This document shows positions 57,201-64,000 of a stretch of DNA of 64,000 nucleotides, one piece after another. This DNA is from the human T2T-CHM13v2.0 reference genome, Homo sapiens. A model generated the notes under the pieces. It saw nothing but the letters and a program-made list of their open reading frames with translations, searched no databases and was not told the DNA's origin. Within the stretch, counting starts at the first letter, position 1, and every line of letters begins with the position of its first letter. Location: assembly GCF_009914755.1 (NCBI RefSeq), contig NC_060925.1. One strand, given 5' to 3'. A program made the position numbers and the translations under genes.

Positions 57201-60200
57201 TTGAACGGAATTGAATGGAATCGTCATCGAATGAATTGAATGCAATCATCGAATGGTCTCGAATGGAATCATCTTCAAATGGAAAGGAATGGAATTATCG
57301 CATAGAATCAAATGGAATTACCATTGAATGGACTCGAATGGAATCAACATCAAACGGAATCAAATGGAATTATCGAATGCAATCGAAGAGAATCATCGAA
57401 TGGACACGATATGGAATCATGTAATGGAATGTAATGGAATAATCCATGGACTCGAATGCAATCATCATCGAATGGAATCGAATGGAATCATCGAATGGAC
57501 TCGAATGGAATAATCATTGAACAGAATCAAAAGGAATCATCATCGGATGGAAACGAATGGAATCATCATCGAATGGAAACGAAAGGAGTCATTATCTAAC
57601 GGAATCGCATGGAATCATCATCAAATGGAATCGAATGGAAACATCATCAAATGGAATCTAATGCAATCGTTGAACGGAATTCAATGGAATCGTCATCGAA
57701 TGAACTGAATTCCATCATCGAAAGGTCTCGAATTGAATCATCTTCAAATGGAATGGAATGGAATCATCGCATAGAATCGAATGGAATTATCATCGAATGG
57801 ACTCGAATGGAATCAACATCAAACGGAATCCAACGGAATTATCGAATGGAATCGAAGAGAATCATCGAATGGACTCGAACGGCATCATCTAATCTAATGG
57901 AATGGAATAATCCACGGACTCGAATGAAAACATCATCGAATGGAATCATCGAATGGATTCGAATGGAATCATCGAATGGACTCGAATGGAATAATCATTG
58001 AACGGAATCGAATGGAATCATCATCAAATGGAATCTAATGGAATAAATGAGCAGAATTGAATGGAATCATCATCGAATGAATTGAATGCAATCATCACAT
58101 GGTCTCGAAAGGAATCATCTTCAAATGGAAAGGAACGGAATCATTGCATAGAATCAAATGGAATTATTGAATGGACTGGAATGGAATCAACATCAAACGG
58201 AATCAAACGGAATTATCGAATGGAATCGAAGAGAATCATCGAATAGTCTCGAATGGAATCATCGATGGGAGTGGAATGGAATAGTCAATTAACTCGAATG
58301 GAATGATCATTGAATGGAATTGAATGGAGTCATCGAGTGGAATCGAATGGAATCATGATCAAATGGAATCGAATGTAATCATCATCAAATGGAATCAAAA
58401 ATAACCATCATCAACTGGTATTGAATGGAATTGTCATCAAATGGAATTCAAAGGAATCATCATCAAATGGAACCGAATGGAATCCTCATAGAATGGAAAT
58501 GAAAGGAGTCATCATCTAATGGAATCGCACGGAATGATCATCAAATGGAATCGAATGGAATCATCATCAAATGGAATCTAATGGAATCATTCAACGGAAT
58601 TGAATGGAATCGTCATCGAATGAATTGAATGCAATCATCGAATGGTCTCGAATGGAATCATCTTCAAATGTAAAGGAATGGAACGATCCCATAGAATCGA
58701 ATGGAATTATCATTGAATGGACTCGAATGGAATCAACATCAAACGGAATCAAATGGCATTATCGAAGGGAATCGAAGAGAATCATCGAATGGACTCGAAC
58801 GGAATCATCTAATGGAATTTAGAGGAATAATCCACGGACTCGAATGAAAATATCATCGAATGGAATCGAATGGAATCATTGAATGGAATCGAATGGAATC
58901 ACCGAATGGACTCGAATGGAATAATCATTGAACAGAATCGAATGGAATCATCATCGGATGGAAACGAATGGAATCATTATCGAATAGAAATGAAAGGAGT
59001 CATCATCTTATAGAATAGCATGGAATCATCATCAAATGGAATCTAATGGAATCATTGAACGGAATTGAATGGAATCATCATCGAATGAATTGAATGCAAT
59101 CATCGAATGAATTGAATGCAATCATCGAATGGTCTCGAACGGAATCATCTTCCAATGGAATGGAATGGAATCATCGCATAGAATCGAATGGAATTATCAT
59201 CGAATGGACTCGAATGGAAACAACCTCAAAAGGAATCAAACGGAATTATCAAATGGAATCGAGGAGAATCATAGAATGGACTCGGACGGAATCATCTAAT
59301 GGAATTTAAAGGAATAATCCAAGGACTCGAATGAAATCATCGTCGAATGGAATCGAATGGAATCTTCGAAAGGAATCGATTGGAATCATCGAATGGACTC
59401 GAATGGAATAATCATTGAACGGAATCGAATGGAATCATCATCAAATGGAATCTAATGGAATCATTTAACGGAATTTAATGGAATCGTCATCGAATGAATT
59501 GAATGCAATCACCGAATGGTCTCAAATGGAATCATCTTCAAAGGGAGAGGAATGGAATCCTCGCATAGAATCAAATGGAACTATCATTGAATGGTCTTGA
59601 ATGGAATGAAGATCAAACGGAATCAGACGGAATTATCGAATGGAATCGAAGAAAATCATCGAATGGACTCGAATGGAGTCATCTAATGGAATGGAATGGA
59701 ATAAACCACGGACTCGAAAGCAATCATCATCGAATAGAATCGAATGGAATCGTCTAGTGGAATGGAATGGAATAATCCATGGACTCGAATGCAATCATCA
59801 TCGAATAGAATCAAATGGAATAATCATTGAAGGGAATCGAATGGAATCATCGTTGGATGGAAAAGAATGGAATCATCATCGAATGGAATCGAATGGAATC
59901 ATCAAATGGAATCAGATGGAATCATCATCAAATGGAATCGAAAAGAATTATGGAATGAAATCCAATGTGATCATCATCGAATGGACTCGAATGGAATAAT
60001 CATCCAATGGAAACTAATGGAATCAACATCGAATGGAATCGAATGGAATCACCGTCGAATTGAAAGGAATGGAATTATCATGAAATTGAAATGGATGGAC
60101 TCATCATCGAATGGATTCGAATGGAATCATCGAATGAAACTGATTGAAATCATCATCAAATGGAATCGAATGGAATCATTGACTGGAATCGAATGGAGTC

Positions 60201-63200
60201 ATCATCAGATGGAAATGAATGGAATCATCATAGAATGGAATCGAATGGATTCATTGAATGGAATCAGATGGAATCATCAAATGGACTTGAATGGAATCAT
60301 TCAATGGACTCGAATGGAATCATTATCAAATGGAATCGAATGGAATCACCGAATAGAATCGAATGGACCAATCACCGAATGGACTCAAATGGAATTATCC
60401 TGAAATGGAATCAAATGGAATTATCAAATGAAATCGAGTAGAATCATCGAATGGACTCGAATGGAATCATCGAATGGAGTGGAATGGAATAGTCAATTAA
60501 CTAGAATGGAATGATCATTGAATGGAATCGAATGGAATCATCGAGTGGAATCGAATGTAATCATGATGAAATGGAATCGAATGTAATACATCATCAAATG
60601 GAATCAAAAATAACCATCATCAATTGGTATGGAATGCAATTGTCATCAAATGGAATTCAAAGGAATCATCATCAAATGGAACCGAATTGAAACCTCATTC
60701 AATGGAAATGAAAGGAGTCATCATCAAATACAATCGAATGGAATCATCATCAAATGGAATCTAATGGAATCATTGAACGGAATTGAATGGAATCGTCATC
60801 GAATGAATTGAATGCAATCATCGAATGGTCTCGAATGGAATCATCTTCAAATGTAAAGGAATGGAATTATCGCATAGAATCAAATGGAATTATCATAGAA
60901 TGGACTCGAATGGAATCAACATCAAACGGAATCAAACGGAATTATTGAATGGAATCGAAGAGAATCATCGAATGGACTCGAATGGAATCATCTAATGGAA
61001 TGGAATGGAATAATCCATGGACTCGAATGCAATCATCATCGAATAGAATCGAATGGAATCATCGAATAGACTCGCATGGAATACTCATTGAACGGAATCG
61101 AATGGAATCATCATCGGATGGAATCGAATGGAATCATCATCGAATGGAATAGAAAGGAGTCATCATCTAATGGAATCGCATGGAATCATCATCAAATGGA
61201 ATCGAATGGAATCATAATCAAATGGAATCAAATGGAATCATTGAACGGAATTGAATGGAATCGTCATCGAATGAATTGAATGCAATTATCGAATGGTCTC
61301 GAATGGAATCATCTTCAAATGGAATGGAATGGAATCATCGCATAGAATCGAATGGAATTATCATCGAATGGACTCAAATGGAATCAACATCAAACGGAAT
61401 CAAACGGAGTTATCTAATGGAATCGAAGACAATCATCGAATGGACTCGAAAGAAATCATCTAATGGACTGGAATGGAATAATCCATGGACTCGAATGCAA
61501 TCACCATCGAATAGAAACGAATGGAGTCATCGAATGGACTCGAATGGAATAATCATTGAACGGAATCGAATGGAATCATCATCGGATGGAAACGAATGGA
61601 ATCATCATCGAATGGAATCGAATGGAATCATCAAATGGGATCAGATGGAATCATCATCAAATGGAATCGAATAGAATTATGGAATGAAATCCAACGTGAT
61701 CATCATCGAATGGACGCGAATGGAATCATCATCCAACGTAAACTAATGGAATCAACATCGAATGGAATCGAATGGATACACCATCGAATTAAAACGAATG
61801 GAATTATGATGAAATTGACATGGATGGACTCATCATCGAATGGATTCGAATGGAATCATCGAATGAAATTTATTGAAATCATCATCAAATGGAATCGAAT
61901 GGAATCATTGAATGGAATCGAATGGAATCATCATCAGATGGAAATGAAAGGAATCATCATAGAATGGAATCGAATGGATTCTTTAAATGGAATCAGATGT
62001 TATCAACGAATGCACTTGAATGGGATCATTGAATGGACTCGAATGGAATCATTATTGAATGGAATTGAATGGAATCATCGAATGGTCTCGAATGGAATCA
62101 TTATCAAATGGAATCGAATGGAATCACCGAATAGAATCGAATGGAACAATCATCGAATGGGCTCGAATGGAATCATCTAATGGAATGGAATGGAATAATC
62201 CATGGACACGAATGCAATCATCATCGAATAGAATTGAATGGAGTCATCAAATGGAGTGGAATGGAACAGTCAATGAACTCGAATGGAATCATCATTGAAT
62301 GGAATCGAATGGAATCATTGAGTGGAATCGAATGGAATCATAATCAAATGGAATCGAGTGTAATCATCATCAAATGGTATCAAAAATAACTATCATCAAT
62401 TGGTATTGAATGGAATTGTCATCAAATGGAATTCAAAGGAATCATCATGAAATGGAACCGAATGGAAATCTCATTGAATGGAAATGAAATGAGTCATCAT
62501 CTAAAGGAATCGCAAGGAGTCACCATCAAATGGAATCGAATGGAATCATCATCGAATGGAAATGAAAGGAGTCATCATCTAAACGAATCGCATGGAATCA
62601 TCATCAAATGGAATCGAATGGAATCATCATCGAATGGAAATGAAAGGAGTCATCATCTAAAGGAATCGCAAGGAGTCACCATCAAATGGAATCGAATGGA
62701 ATCATCATTAAATGGAATCTAATGGAATCATTGAACGGAATTCAATGGAATCGTCATCAAAAGAATTTAATGCAATCATCGAATGGTCTCGAAGGGAATT
62801 GTCTTCAAATGGAATGGAATGGAATCATCGCATAGAATCGAATGGAATTATCATCGAATGGACTCGAATGGAATCAAAATCAAACGGAATCAGATGGAAT
62901 TATCGAATGGAATCGAAGAGAATCATCGAATGGACTCGAATGGAAACATTTAATGGAATGGAATGGAATAATCCATGGACTCGAATGCAATCATCATCGA
63001 ATGGAATCGAATGGAATCATTGAATGGACTCGAATAGAGAAATCATTGAACGGAATCGAATGGAATCATCGTCGGATGGAAACGAATGGAATCATCAAAT
63101 GGAATCAGGTCGAATCATCATCAAATGTAATCGAATAGAATTATGGAATGAAATACAATGTGATCATCATCGAATGGACTCGAATGAAATCATCATCCAG

Positions 63201-64000
63201 TGGAATCTAATGGAATCAAGATCGAATGGAATCGAATGGAAACAGCATCAAAATGCAACGAATGTAATTATCATGAAATTGAAATGGATGGACTCATCAT
63301 CGAATGGATTCGAATGCAATCATCGAATGAAATTTATTGAAATCATCATCAAATTGAATCGAATGGAATCATTGAATGGAATCGATTGGAATCATCATCA
63401 GATGGAAATGAATGGAATCATCATAGAATGGAATCGAATGGATTCATTGAATGGAATCAGATGGAATCATCGAATGGATTTGAATGGAATCTGTGAATGG
63501 ACTCGAAGGGAATCATTATTGAATGGAATTGAATGGAATCATCGAATGGTCTCGAATGGAATCATTATCAAATGGATTCACTGAATAGAATCATCGAATG
63601 GAATCCCCGAACAGAATCGAATGGAACAATCATCGAATGGACTCATATAGAATCAACATCAAAAGGAATCAAACGGAATTATCGAATGGAATCGAAGAGA
63701 ATCATCGAATGCACTCGAATGGAATCATCTAGTGGAATCGAATGGAATAATCCATGGACTCGAATGCAATCATCATCGAGTAGAATCGAATGGAATCATC
63801 AAATGGACTCGAATGGAATAATCATTGAACGGAATCGAATGGAATCATCATCGGATGGAAACTAATGGAATCATCATCAGATGGAAACGAATGGAATCAT
63901 CATCGAATGGAAATCAAAGGAGTCATCATCTAATGGAATCGAATGGAATCATCATCAAATGGAGTCGAATGGAATCATCATCAAATGGAATCTAATGGAA
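57201..64000 (+). repeat. HSat2 domain 3: more diverged layer with the 468-bp subunit retained
   Basis: Landmark spacings are 57215→57684 = 469 and 60787→61255 = 468. AACATCAAACGG and ATCTTCAAATG return. Private substitutions are visibly denser (e.g. 59520–59770, 63100–63300). Confidence 0.7.
62480..62713 (+). repeat. Three tandem copies of a 78-bp (3×26) block
   Basis: GGAAATGAAA[G/T]GAGTCATCATCTAAA starts at 62480, 62558 and 62636. Confidence 0.85.

Larger units (their letters stand above)
1..64000 (+). repeat. Human Satellite II (HSat2/HSATII) pericentromeric tandem array, GAATG strand
   Basis: Continuous diverged GGAAT pentamer repeats organised as 23-bp and 26-bp monomers (GAATGGAATCGAATGGAATCATC[ATC]). 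The reverse complement contains the HSat2 hallmark CATTCGATTC. TCGA and GANTC sites are very dense. There are no long pure (GGAAT)n tracts of the HSat3 type. Orientation is the same from end to end. Confidence 0.98.

Noticed and set aside
1-64000. CRISPR-like or other repeat-spacer array
   Set aside because: The 23/26-bp repeats are contiguous, with no unique spacers, leader or cas-like genes.
1-64000. HSat3, telomeric or alpha-satellite identity
   Set aside because: Pure GGAAT runs are only about 3–4 copies long and CATTCGATTC-type monomers dominate. There is no TTAGGG tract or 171-bp period.
1-64000. Inversion breakpoint or embedded Alu, L1 or unique sequence
   Set aside because: I saw no CATTC-strand stretch, poly(A) tail or non-satellite segment on reading through. 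The A-runs (GGAAAAAAACGG, CAAAAATAACC) are fixed parts of the unit.

Overview
The whole 64 kb window is human (or great-ape) classical Satellite II (HSat2/HSATII). It lies on the GAATG strand throughout, and I saw no inversion, transposon insertion, RNA gene or credible protein-coding gene. It is built from 23-bp (GAATGGAATCGAATGGAATCATC) and 26-bp (…ATCATCATC) monomers. Using the once- or twice-per-unit landmark ATGGAATCGTCATCGAATGAATTGAATGC, I resolve three domains. (1) 1–~6.85 kb has a 1776-bp unit (1308 + 468 bp), the size of the classical 1.77-kb 1q12-type HSat2A repeat, carrying two partial-unit tandem duplications. (2) ~6.85–57.2 kb has a related 1358-bp unit lacking the 468-bp subunit, heavily rearranged, with nested multi-unit duplications at offsets 6272, 5582, 6914, 4074/4047, 8448 and ~36–38 kb. 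(3) ~57.2–64 kb is a more diverged layer in which the 468-bp subunit returns. All ORFs in the track are by-products of the repeat. I found no new gene system. The notable content is the satellite subfamily junction and the readable record of higher-order repeat evolution. All distances were counted by eye from landmarks and ORF coordinates, not from computed alignments.
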